Assembly: GCA_964510165.1 (NCBI GenBank)
Contig: CAZEBC010000088.1
Location: 1 to 15,943 of the forward strand
Length of the DNA stretch: 15,943 nucleotides
Reading direction: 5' to 3'
Origin: an uncultured bacterium
Lineage (GTDB): Bacteria > Abyssobacteria > SURF-5
The number at the start of each line of letters is the position of its first letter. The first letter of the stretch is position 1. Below the pieces are notes generated by a model. That model did no database searches and was not told the origin of the DNA. It saw only the letters and a list, made by a program, of their open reading frames with translations. Of this stretch, positions 6,862 through 15,180 are shown piece by piece. Position numbers and translations under genes: made by a program.

Positions 6862-7071
6862 CACTTGGGGCCAGTGCGATCCATTGACCCATGATCCCGT
6901 CAGTGCTCAAAGTGTAACCGCCATGGGGAGGATAGTATATGGCCGCGAAAAAGAAACCCGCGAAGAAGAAAGCCGCGAAAAAGGCTACTAAGAAGAAAGC
7001 GGCAAAGAAAAAACCCGCGAAGAAAGTCACGAAGAAGAAGTAGTAGCACCCTCATCCACTGGCCCCAAGTG
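6862..7071 (+). repeat. 15-bp perfect inverted repeat bracketing the mini-gene
   Basis: CACTTGGGGCCAGTG (6862-6876) and CACTGGCCCCAAGTG (7057-7071). Confidence 0.9.
6939..7043 (+). CDS. 34-aa lysine-rich, histone H1 tail-like basic peptide (not in ORF track)
   Basis: MAAKKKPAKKKAAKKATKKKAAKKKPAKKVTKKK. SD GGGGAGGA (6925-6932), tandem TAG TAG stops, and synonymous codon variation among the repeats. Confidence 0.8.
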   Translation: MAAKKKPAKKKAAKKATKKKAAKKKPAKKVTKKK

Positions 7072-7130
7072 CCCTATTCAGATTCAATCAGTGGAATCCC
7101 TCCGGCTCTTTCACAAATCACTCCGCTTCC

Positions 7131-7159
7131 TTGAACAGGCGTGCCTGCTGTGCTACTAT
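7131..7159 (+). promoter_or_regulatory. Putative promoter of mutL-miaA
   Basis: TTGAAC (7131-7136), 17 bp, TACTAT (7154-7159) with a TGn extension. Confidence 0.55.
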
Positions 7160-7197
7160 ATCGTTGATTATTCTCTCAACTCTTTCGGAACGCATCA

Positions 7198-8976
7198 ATG
7201 CCGAAGATCAATATCCTCTCTGAAGACACCGCCAACAAGATAGCCGCCGGCGAGGTCATTGAGCGACCGTCCTCCATTGTCAAGGAACTCGTTGAAAATT
7301 CCATCGATGCCGCCGCGCGCAGGATTCATGTTGATCTCGAAGGGGGCGGCAAGTCGCTCGTGCGAGTGACCGATGACGGCTGCGGCATGTCCTATGAAGA
7401 CGCGTTGTTGTGCCTTGAGCGACACGCCACAAGCAAGATATCGTGCGCCGCCGACCTGGACGCGATGACGACATTCGGATTCCGGGGCGAGGCCATACCA
7501 AGCATCGCCGCCGTCTCCAAGATGGAACTGGTGACGCGGGAGTACGACAGCATCTCCGGCACGCGCGTCGTCATCGAGGGCGGCGTGCTCAGGAACGTCA
7601 GCGAGACGGGATCGCCTCCCGGCACCCAGGTGACGGTCCGCCAGTTGTTCTATAACACGCCCGCCCGGCGCAAATTCATGAAGTCGTCGGCCACCGAGCT
7701 TGGTCATGTCATCAATATGCTGCAGAGACAAGCGCTCGCGCATCCTCACATAAATTTCCGCTTGACCAGCAACGGCAAAGAGACGCTCAATCTTCCGCCC
7801 GCGGCCTCAACCGCCGACCGACTCGCGCTCGTTTGGGGGAGCGAATACGCCGACAATCTCGCACACGGCTCGGCCGGGACCGAAGGCCTTATTGTTTCGG
7901 GCTACTTCGGAACGCCCGCGCTCACCCGCGCAAACCGTGACCACCAGTTCTTCTTCCTGAACCGCAGGCCCGTTACGAACCGGCTCCTCTCCCAGGCCCT
8001 GGCCGAGGCATATCGCGGCATTGTCATGAGCGACCGGTTCCCGGTCGCCTTCGTATTCGTCGAGATCGATCCCCATCTTGTGGATGTCAACGTGCATCCC
8101 ACCAAGCGTGAGGTGCGCTTTGCGGACCCCAATGGAGTAATCGGCGCGCTGAAAGATGCGGTGCGGGACGCATTCGGCCGTCGTCCGCACTTCCCGGCGG
8201 GCGAGTCGAGGCCTCGCATGACCGAACCCTCACCGACGCGTTCGAAGAATGATTCCCTCTTCCAGAGCATCCGGTTCGACGAAGGAACGCTCGCGACGGT
8301 CCTTCCCGCGATTGATGAAGAGCAGCCCGTAGACCGGATGCCGGTGCATCCGGTCACTCTACCGACAGCCGATTTCTCCGCCATTTCGTCTGAGCTCCGC
8401 CTCATCGGCCAAGTATTCAATTCCTATCTTCTCTGTACCGACGGCCGGGACTTGCTGATACTGGATCAGCACGCGCTGCACGAGCGGATTCTGTACGACG
8501 AGATTGTGCGTCAGAGCAATCCGGCCGGCGGTGGAGAGGCGGCCACTCAGCAAATGCTGATACCGATCACGATCGAATTGCCGCCCGACCGGGCCGAGGT
8601 GCTGTCCGCATATTTCGACCTGTTCGCCCGTATCGGAATCGAACTTCAGCCGTTTGGCTCTCGAACATTCGCGGTGACGGCCATTTCCCGGACTCACAGC
8701 GAAAGCCGAGTGGGTGAAATCGTGCGCGACGGAGTGGATGAGTTATATCTCGGCCTGAAACTGAGGGCGCCGCGCGAGATCCTGCAGCGCCTCATGACGA
8801 TATCGGCCTGCAAGAATTCCATAAAGTCGGGTGACCCGCTCACCGAGCGAGAAGCCGAGATGCTGCTGGAGGGTCTCAAGCGCCTCGCGCCGCCGCCGAC
8901 GTGCCTGCATGGAAGGCCGCTGGTGCTTCGACTCAGCGAGTCGCAGATTGCGCGTGCGTTTGGACGCAAGGGCTGA
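7198..8976 (+). CDS. mutL: DNA mismatch repair endonuclease MutL
   Basis: NKIAAGEVIERP, KELVENSIDA, RHATSKI, GFRGEA, VDVNVHPTKREV. C-terminal DQHALHE, SACK and CLHGRP. Confidence 0.98.
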   Translation: MPKINILSEDTANKIAAGEVIERPSSIVKELVENSIDAAARRIHVDLEGGGKSLVRVTDDGCGMSYEDALLCLERHATSKISCAADLDAMTTFGFRGEAIPSIAAVSKMELVTREYDSISGTRVVIEGGVLRNVSETGSPPGTQVTVRQLFYNTPARRKFMKSSATELGHVINMLQRQALAHPHINFRLTSNGKETLNLPPAASTADRLALVWGSEYADNLAHGSAGTEGLIVSGYFGTPALTRANRDHQFFFLNRRPVTNRLLSQALAEAYRGIVMSDRFPVAFVFVEIDPHLVDVNVHPTKREVRFADPNGVIGALKDAVRDAFGRRPHFPAGESRPRMTEPSPTRSKNDSLFQSIRFDEGTLATVLPAIDEEQPVDRMPVHPVTLPTADFSAISSELRLIGQVFNSYLLCTDGRDLLILDQHALHERILYDEIVRQSNPAGGGEAATQQMLIPITIELPPDRAEVLSAYFDLFARIGIELQPFGSRTFAVTAISRTHSESRVGEIVRDGVDELYLGLKLRAPREILQRLMTISACKNSIKSGDPLTEREAEMLLEGLKRLAPPPTCLHGRPLVLRLSESQIARAFGRKG

Positions 8977-8982
8977 AGCGCG

Positions 8983-9921
8983 ATGACGGAATTGCTTGTT
9001 CTGTGCGGACCGACGGCGGTCGGCAAGTCAATGGTCGGCGCGCTTTTGGCTGAATGGCTGGACGGCGAGGTCATCTCCGCCGATTCGATGCAGGTCTATC
9101 GCGGGCTCGACATCGGGACCGACAAGGTTCCGCCCGAGTTGCGCGGGCGGGCGCCGCATCACATGATTGACATCGTCGAGCCGGCCGAAGGATTCAGTGC
9201 GGCCAGATACGAACGAGAAGCGAGCGAGATCATTGACCGGCTCATCGCCGAGAGCAAACTTCCCATAGTCGTGGGCGGTTCCGGGCTTTACATCAGGGTT
9301 CTCATTCAGGGGATATTCCCGGCGCCGCCTGCCTCATCCAGCATCAGGAATCGCCTGAAACGGGAGGCCGAGGAGCGCGGCGTCCACGTCCTCCACGAGA
9401 GGCTCGCATCTGTCGACCCGGGCTACGCGCGCGTGGCCGCCCCAACCGATCTTCGAAGAATCGTGCGCGCACTCGAGGTATTCGAACTCACCGGCTCGCC
9501 GTTCTCCGCCTGGCACGAGCGGCATCGGGCCGCACGAAAGCCCCGCGAGGCGTTCATGGTTGGTCTCACTCGTCCGCGCGAAGACCTGTACCGCAGGATT
9601 GACGGCCGCGTTGATCAGATGTTTGAAGGGGGGCTTGTTCAGGAGGTTCAGGCGCTTTGCGAAAGAGGCCATGCGAACGCCTTGAAGAATCTCAGGGCGC
9701 TCGGATATATCGAAGTTGTGGATTATCTTGAGGGACGGCTCTCGCTCGACGAGGCGATTCGGCTTACCAAACGCAACTCGCGCCGATATGCAAAGAGGCA
9801 GATGACGTGGTTCCGCAAGGAGGAAGTGCACTGGGTGGAACTCGAACCCGATGATGACGCGGAACGAGCTGCCCGAAAGGTTCTCTCGGCGCTTCCCAAG
9901 AATCTCGGAAGGCGTCTGTGA
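8983..9921 (+). CDS. miaA: tRNA dimethylallyltransferase
   Basis: GPTAVGKS, SADSMQVYRGLDIGTDK, VGGSGLY, RRIVRALEV, YAKRQMTWFR. Conserved position after mutL. Confidence 0.97.
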   Translation: MTELLVLCGPTAVGKSMVGALLAEWLDGEVISADSMQVYRGLDIGTDKVPPELRGRAPHHMIDIVEPAEGFSAARYEREASEIIDRLIAESKLPIVVGGSGLYIRVLIQGIFPAPPASSSIRNRLKREAEERGVHVLHERLASVDPGYARVAAPTDLRRIVRALEVFELTGSPFSAWHERHRAARKPREAFMVGLTRPREDLYRRIDGRVDQMFEGGLVQEVQALCERGHANALKNLRALGYIEVVDYLEGRLSLDEAIRLTKRNSRRYAKRQMTWFRKEEVHWVELEPDDDAERAARKVLSALPKNLGRRL

Positions 9922-9951
9922 GGGAACAGCGCGAAGCCTCGGATTCGATAG

Positions 9952-10533
9952 TCACTTGGTTTCGCGGGTTTTGTGGGCGACGGAGGTCAGTTGGTCGAGG
10001 GCGGCCAGGAAATCGCGCGGGGTGAGCGTGTTGAGCGGGTGCAGGTAAGAGAGCCAGAGGACTTCTTTGTTCAGACTGAAGCGCGTGTAGCCAGTGGCCA
10101 GATAATTCGCCTTCATCAATTTCTGAAGCAGACTGACCTCGACGAAATCTTCGCTGAGTCTGAGCAGGTCCATCCGCGCGACCGGCGTGACCAAGCCGAG
10201 CCGGTTCTCGCGAGCATCGACGAGCAGGAATACTTGCAGGCCTTCGTAGAGGAATTCCCGCTGCCCGGACTTTCCGCCGACAGCGATGTTTCGGGTTCGG
10301 AGCAGCGCAATCGCCTGCTCTTCCGTCAGACCCACGGCTTTGTCGTCAAGAGGCGGCATGGCGGGCGCGGGCTTTGGGTCCGGCTCGGGTTCGGGTTCGA
10401 AGTCAAGAAGCACCTCATAGATGATGCGGGTCTTCTCGGGCGGCAAGGCCTTGTCTTCGAACGGTTGCAGCGCGAATGCGGGCGACGACACAAGCGCGAG
10501 CGCAACAGCGAGCGCAAGCCGAAGGAATCCCAT
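9952..10533 (-). CDS. Exported hypothetical protein; C-terminal domain possibly YbjN/type III chaperone-like fold
   Basis: Signal peptide ending AFA, a Pro-rich linker, then LMKANY..RFSL..LWLSYLHPL. GGAGG lies 7 nt upstream of ATG 10533, so this start is preferred over TTG 10539. The fold call is tentative. Confidence 0.65.
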   Translation of the reverse strand: MGFLRLALAVALALVSSPAFALQPFEDKALPPEKTRIIYEVLLDFEPEPEPDPKPAPAMPPLDDKAVGLTEEQAIALLRTRNIAVGGKSGQREFLYEGLQVFLLVDARENRLGLVTPVARMDLLRLSEDFVEVSLLQKLMKANYLATGYTRFSLNKEVLWLSYLHPLNTLTPRDFLAALDQLTSVAHKTRETK

Positions 10534-10535
10534 TT

Positions 10536-10829
10536 TCAATCCTCCTGATTCGACTTCAATGGTTCTATATCGCCATCGGCTTTTTTGGCAAACACCTTGA
10601 ACCGCATCTTTCGTGCAGTCAATATTTCCATCGCGGCGTGGAGGTCGTCGGGTTCGATCTGGAGCGCCAGGCCACAGTCGGAGACCGCTTTCTGCGGTTT
10701 CGGAACGGTGAGAGAACGCACGTTGGCGGCATGGAGCGCTTTTTCCGCAAGAAGCGTATGATGGGTGGTCGGCAACACGATGATGTATTTGGCGGAGGCG
10801 CGAGCAGACTGGCGGGCCTGGTTTGACAT
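10536..10829 (-). CDS. DUF3343 family protein (putative S/Se carrier)
   Basis: Pattern YIIVLPTTHHTLLAEKAL..VPKP..VSDCGLAL with a single Cys, located next to cysteine desulfurase genes. Confidence 0.8.
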   Translation of the reverse strand: MSNQARQSARASAKYIIVLPTTHHTLLAEKALHAANVRSLTVPKPQKAVSDCGLALQIEPDDLHAAMEILTARKMRFKVFAKKADGDIEPLKSNQED

Positions 10830-10833
10830 GTCG

Positions 10834-11988
10834 TCACCTGAGCGCCGACATCTTCCTGAGCCGGTCCACTATTTCGGGAAGCGTCTGTGCGACGTAATCA
10901 ATGTCCTCGCGGGTAGTGTCGACGCCGAGCGAGAACCTGAGCGAGCCATGCGCGATCTCGTGGCTCAGGCCGATCGCGAGCAGCACATGCGAGGGGTCGA
11001 GCGAGCCGGAGGTGCACGCCGAGCCGCTCGAGACTGCTATCCCCTTCATGTCGAGCATCATGATCATTGATTCGCCCTCGACATAACGGAAGCAGATGTT
11101 CAGTGTGTTCGGCAGGCGGTCGGTCGGGTGGCCGTTGATCACCGTGTCCTCGATTCGTTCGACCAATTCGTTCTGGAGATGGTCACGCAGTTCGGCCATC
11201 TTGGGCGATTTCTCCGGCATCGTTGTGCGGGCGATCTCGCATGCCTTTCCCATGCCGACGATACCCGGCACGTTCTCGGTGCCGGCGCGCCGATTCGACT
11301 CGTGGTGACCGCCGTGTTGAATCGGGATGAGGCGGGTCCCCTTTTTGACATACAAAGCGCCGACCCCCTTCGGTCCATACAGTTTATGGGCCGACATCGA
11401 GAGAAGGCTCGCGTTGGCCTTTGCCACATCGACCGGCAGCTTGCCGCAAGTCTGGACCGCATCGGTATGGAAATACACGCCCCTCTCGGCGGCGATGGCG
11501 CCGATCCTCTCGATATCCTGAACCGTGCCGATCTCGTTGTTGCCGTGCATGACGGAAATGAGGACGGTGTCCTTTCGGATCGAATCGCGAAGCTGATCGA
11601 GGTCCACCTTTCCATACTTGTCAACGTTGAGGTAGGTGACCTCGAAGCCGCGCTTCTCGAGGAACTTGCAGGTGTTCAGGACGGCGTGATGCTCGATCTG
11701 CGAGGTGATGATGTGTTTTCCCTTTTTCTCGTTGGCGTACGCAATCCCCTTCACGGCGAGATTGTCCGACTCGGTGCCGCCGCTTGTGAACACGATGTTC
11801 GAGGGTTCCGCCCCGATGAGCGCCGCCACCTGCTCGCGCGCGACGGCCACGGCTTCGTGCGCCTCACGGCCAAAGCTGTGTATGCTGGACGCATTGCCGA
11901 ATTTTTCTCCGAAGAACGGCATCATTGCCGCGAGCACTTGGGGGTTCGTCGGGGCAGTGGCGTTGTGATCAAGATATACGCGTTTCAT
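10834..11988 (-). CDS. nifS: Cysteine desulfurase, group I (NifS/IscS type)
   Basis: YLDHNAT, GNASSIH, FTSGGTES, HTDAVQ, SAHK (PLP Lys), RAGTENV, SSGSACTS. True start is 11988 (or 11994) after GAGGGAG. The ORF-track extension to 12168 overlaps the upstream gene. Confidence 0.95.
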   Translation of the reverse strand: MKRVYLDHNATAPTNPQVLAAMMPFFGEKFGNASSIHSFGREAHEAVAVAREQVAALIGAEPSNIVFTSGGTESDNLAVKGIAYANEKKGKHIITSQIEHHAVLNTCKFLEKRGFEVTYLNVDKYGKVDLDQLRDSIRKDTVLISVMHGNNEIGTVQDIERIGAIAAERGVYFHTDAVQTCGKLPVDVAKANASLLSMSAHKLYGPKGVGALYVKKGTRLIPIQHGGHHESNRRAGTENVPGIVGMGKACEIARTTMPEKSPKMAELRDHLQNELVERIEDTVINGHPTDRLPNTLNICFRYVEGESMIMMLDMKGIAVSSGSACTSGSLDPSHVLLAIGLSHEIAHGSLRFSLGVDTTREDIDYVAQTLPEIVDRLRKMSALR

Positions 11989-12017
11989 GCTCATTCTCCC
12001 TCTGCACGTGGGATGCT

Positions 12018-13148
12018 CTACGCCGCGAGGCGGTGAACCGCCTCGATGGCCGCGTCGATGTCTTCGACGCGGGTGAAAGGCCCGGGGCTGAACCGCACCG
12101 TTCCCCCGGGAAACGTGCCTGTACTTCTGTGCGCCTCGGGCGCGCAATGAAGGCCCGCCCTGACGCATATGCCAAATTGTCGATCAAGTTCGTACGCGAA
12201 CTGCTGCGATTCCCAGTCATCTACGGTGATCGAAGTCAGCGCGATCCGCTCTCGGCCGGTTTGCGAACGGATGCGCACGCGTTTCGCCTCGGCGAGTCCC
12301 TCCTCGAGTCTATGGGCGAGGCCAAGCTCGTACTGGCGCATCGCGGCAACCCCTTTCTCCATTATATACTGCACCGCGGTCCCAAGACCTGCAATCCCCG
12401 GCCCATTGAGGGTTCCGGCCTCGTACCTGTCGGGCAGTTCCTCCGGCTGGAGCGGATTCGGCGAATCGCTGCCGGTGCCGCCTTCCTTGAGCGGCTGGAG
12501 GTCAAGGCCTTCGGCGATATACAGTCCGCCGGTGCCCATCGGCCCGAGCAGCGCCTTGTGTCCGGTGAAGGCGAGCAGGTCGATGGGGATTTCGCGCAGG
12601 TTGATGGAAAATGCTCCCGCCGCCTGGGCGGCATCCACCAGGTACGGGATTCGATGTTCGCGCGCGAGCGCGCCAATCTCGCGCACCGGCATGAGCGCGC
12701 CCGTCACGTTGCTCGCGAAGGTTGTGACAAGCAGCTTTGTGTTCGGCCTTATGGAGCGGCGAACTTCAGCGGGTTCGATGGGGCCGCCGTCGCTCCGGAT
12801 TATGGTCAGCTCGACACCCTGTGGGGCCAATGCGCGGAGCGGCCGCAGGACGGCATTGTGTTCGAGCGATGTGGTTATGACGTGGCCGCCGTGCGAGAGC
12901 AGTCCTTTGATGGCGAGGTTGAGCGCTTCGGTCGCATTTGCGGTGAACACGATGCGCTCGGAACGGTCCACTCCAAACAGAGCGGCGAGCGTTTCTCGCG
13001 CGCGGAACACGGTTTCGTCGGCCTGCCGCCCGAGCGCGTGGCTTGAGCGTCCCGGGCTTGCGCCGATGCGCGTCATATATCTGGCGACTGCCTGTGTTAC
13101 CGCTTCAGGCTTGGGAAAAGAGGTCGCCGCATTGTCCAGATATATCAT
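12018..13148 (-). CDS. Cysteine desulfurase family protein, group II (class V aminotransferase)
   Basis: MIYLDNAATSFPKP, NATEALN, EHNAV, DAAQ, TGHK, YEAGT, RAGLHCAP. Confidence 0.92.
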   Translation of the reverse strand: MIYLDNAATSFPKPEAVTQAVARYMTRIGASPGRSSHALGRQADETVFRARETLAALFGVDRSERIVFTANATEALNLAIKGLLSHGGHVITTSLEHNAVLRPLRALAPQGVELTIIRSDGGPIEPAEVRRSIRPNTKLLVTTFASNVTGALMPVREIGALAREHRIPYLVDAAQAAGAFSINLREIPIDLLAFTGHKALLGPMGTGGLYIAEGLDLQPLKEGGTGSDSPNPLQPEELPDRYEAGTLNGPGIAGLGTAVQYIMEKGVAAMRQYELGLAHRLEEGLAEAKRVRIRSQTGRERIALTSITVDDWESQQFAYELDRQFGICVRAGLHCAPEAHRSTGTFPGGTVRFSPGPFTRVEDIDAAIEAVHRLAA

Positions 13149-13166
13149 GCGTGACGCTCCGTCGTG

Positions 13167-14606
13167 TCAAACCTTCTCCACGCGCCAGAACGTGCCATCG
13201 GGAGTGTCTTCGAGGGTGATGCCCATATCGGCGAGGCGTGCCCTGATGGAATCGGCGAGTTGGTAGTCCTTGCGCGCGCGGGCCTCGGCCCGAAGCGTGA
13301 TCAGGAGGCCGAGCAGTTTCTCGGTCAGGTCCGATTCGACCTCGCCCCGTCTCTGCTGGAAGATGCCCAGGACCGCTCCGAGCCTGCGTGTTTCTTCGAC
13401 GAGGGCGCGCAACTCCTCCGGCTTGCACTTCCAGGCGTCGGGGCCATCGAGCACCTTGTTTAGGTCTCTGACCATGTCGAAGAAGGCCGCCAGTGCCTTG
13501 GGCGTGTTGAAGTCGTCGTCCATCGCAGCCTCAAACTCGGCGGTGAGCCGCTTCGTTATGTCCTCGATCGAAACGACGTCGGCGGACGTGCGCGCGGACC
13601 TACGCTCGAGCATCCGCGCCTGCCGCTCGGCCTTGTCGAGCGCGATGTAGACTCTGTTGAGTGCGGACTGCGACTCGGCGAGCGAATCGTCGGTGAAGTC
13701 CAGCGGGCTTCGGTAATGGGCGGAGAGAAGGAACCGGCGGATGACCTCGACATCGGCGTCCTTCAGCAGGTCGCGTCCCAGGACGACATTGCCGAGCGAT
13801 TTCGACATCTTCGTGCCCTTGATGTTGAGGTAGCCGTTGTGAAGCCACACCTTGGCGAAATGCCTGCCAGTGGCCGCCCGGCTCTGGGCGATCTCGTTTT
13901 CGTGATGGGGAAAGATGAGGTCCTGTCCACCGCAATGGATGTCGAAATCCTCTCCGAGAAACTTGACGGACATGACCGAGCATTCGATGTGCCAGCCGGG
14001 TCTGCCCTTGCCCCACGGACTGTTCCAGCTCGGTTCGCCCGGCTTGGCCGATTTCCAGAGCGCGAAATCGAGCGGATGGCGCAGGCGCGGGTCAACCTCG
14101 ACGCGGGCGCCTTCCATGAGCTGCTCGATGTTCTGGTGGGAAAGCTGGCCGTAGTCTTTGAATTTCGATATTTCGAAGAAGACGTCGCCGTTGACCCGAT
14201 ACGCGAATCCCTTCTGGAGCAGCGTCTCGATGAGAGAGATCATCTCGGGGATGAGGTCGGTGGCGCGAGGATGATAATCGGCGCGTCGGATGCCGAGCGC
14301 GTCGGCATCCTCGAAATAGGCGCGGATATAGCGTTCGGCGACCTCGGAGGCAGGAACACCCTCTTCTTTAGCCTTGTTGATTATCTTGTCGTCGATGTCA
14401 GTCAGGTTTTGCACGTACTTGACCGAGTAGCCGCGATACTCGAGGTGGCGCCGCACAACGTCGAAGAACACGAATGCGCGGGCGTTGCCGATATGGAAGT
14501 AATTGTAGACGGTCGGCCCGCACGTGTAGATGCTGATCCTCCCGGGTTGGATAGGCTCCAGAGGCTCTTTCTTGCGGGTCAGCGTGTTATAGACCATTAC
14601 TGCCAT
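13167..14606 (-). CDS. cysS: Cysteine--tRNA ligase
   Basis: CGPTVY, HIGN, DFALWK, GRPGWHIECS, FPHHENE, KMSKS, DDFNTP. SD GGGAGG. Confidence 0.98.
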   Translation of the reverse strand: MAVMVYNTLTRKKEPLEPIQPGRISIYTCGPTVYNYFHIGNARAFVFFDVVRRHLEYRGYSVKYVQNLTDIDDKIINKAKEEGVPASEVAERYIRAYFEDADALGIRRADYHPRATDLIPEMISLIETLLQKGFAYRVNGDVFFEISKFKDYGQLSHQNIEQLMEGARVEVDPRLRHPLDFALWKSAKPGEPSWNSPWGKGRPGWHIECSVMSVKFLGEDFDIHCGGQDLIFPHHENEIAQSRAATGRHFAKVWLHNGYLNIKGTKMSKSLGNVVLGRDLLKDADVEVIRRFLLSAHYRSPLDFTDDSLAESQSALNRVYIALDKAERQARMLERRSARTSADVVSIEDITKRLTAEFEAAMDDDFNTPKALAAFFDMVRDLNKVLDGPDAWKCKPEELRALVEETRRLGAVLGIFQQRRGEVESDLTEKLLGLLITLRAEARARKDYQLADSIRARLADMGITLEDTPDGTFWRVEKV

Positions 14607-14679
14607 GACAGCCTCCCTGTTGGATCAGATGCGGGCCCCTCCGTCTCGCGAAAGCGAGGTTATCGCGCGAGCGTGGGTT

Positions 14680-14731
14680 ATTATATTGGGGACATCCCGC
14701 GCGGCGCGGGACATTGTGTCCCCAATATAAT
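14680..14731. repeat. Intergenic palindrome, GGGGACA/TGTCCCC family, copy 3, with nested hairpin
   Basis: ATTATATTGGGGACA (14680-14694) and TGTCCCCAATATAAT (14717-14731), with inner TCCCGCG/CGCGGGA (14695-14711). Confidence 0.8.
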
Positions 14732-14747
14732 TCTTGGTTGCCGGTAA

Positions 14748-15137
14748 TTACTGTATCTCAACGGTGGCGCCGACTTCGGCGAGTTTGGCCTTCATCTTCT
14801 CGGCCTCTTCCTTGGAAGCACCCTCCTTCAGCATTTTCGGCGCTTCGTCGACAACCGCCTTGGCTTCCTTCAGGCCGAGTCCGGTGAGAGCGCGGACCTC
14901 TTTAATGACCTTAATCTTCTCGGGACCGACTTCTTTCAGGAGCACGTTGAACTCGGTTTTTTCCTCGGCGGCGGGAGCGGCCTCGGCAGCGGCGGCCACG
15001 GGCGCCATGGCGACGCCGACGGGAGCGGCGGCGCTGACGCCGAACTTCTGTTCGAACTTTTTGACGAACTCGGAGAGTTCCAGCACGGTCATCTCGCCGA
15101 TCGCATCCAGCAACTCGTCCATTCCAAGCTTAGCCAT
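14748..15137 (-). CDS. rplL: 50S ribosomal protein L7/L12
   Basis: [49 protein letters not shown]. Confidence 0.99.
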   Translation of the reverse strand: MAKLGMDELLDAIGEMTVLELSEFVKKFEQKFGVSAAAPVGVAMAPVAAAAEAAPAAEEKTEFNVLLKEVGPEKIKVIKEVRALTGLGLKEAKAVVDEAPKMLKEGASKEEAEKMKAKLAEVGATVEIQ

Positions 15138-15180
15138 TTCTGTAATTCCTCCTTGTGTATTGCAGTTGATTCAGTGATAA

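Noticed and set aside
6617-7030. Minus-strand Phe/Ala-rich ORF resembling a membrane protein or type I toxin
   Set aside because: It is the antisense shadow of the Lys-rich ORF. The promoter, SD and stops all support the plus strand.
6860-7071. 6S RNA, tmRNA or MITE interpretation of the IR-bounded segment
   Set aside because: The interior is A-rich with no complementary partner for a 6S rod. There is no tRNA-like T-arm or CCA end for tmRNA, and no target-site duplication flanks the arms. An Rfam scan would settle the RNA options.
8974-8985. mutL TGA is in frame with the miaA ATG
   Set aside because: Both proteins are full length, and close mutL-miaA spacing is ordinary.
11989-12168. Arg-rich N-terminal extension of NifS in the ORF track
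   Set aside because: It overlaps the upstream desulfurase in another frame. The SD and family homology start at 11988-11994.
13148-13169. cysS TGA is in frame with the downstream desulfurase (possible read-through or selenocysteine fusion)
   Set aside because: In-frame spacing has a one-in-three chance. The downstream gene has its own GGAG SD, both proteins look complete, and no SECIS-like hairpin was recognised.
14607-14747. T-box riboswitch upstream of cysS
   Set aside because: The region is only 141 bp, is largely occupied by the palindrome, and has no T-box consensus.
1259-14747. Long opposite-strand or alternate-frame ORFs (e.g. 1259-2011, 5249-6136, 11925-13046, 12169-13266, 13716-14747)
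   Set aside because: They are shadow ORFs of well-supported genes in GC-rich DNA, with no recognisable motifs.
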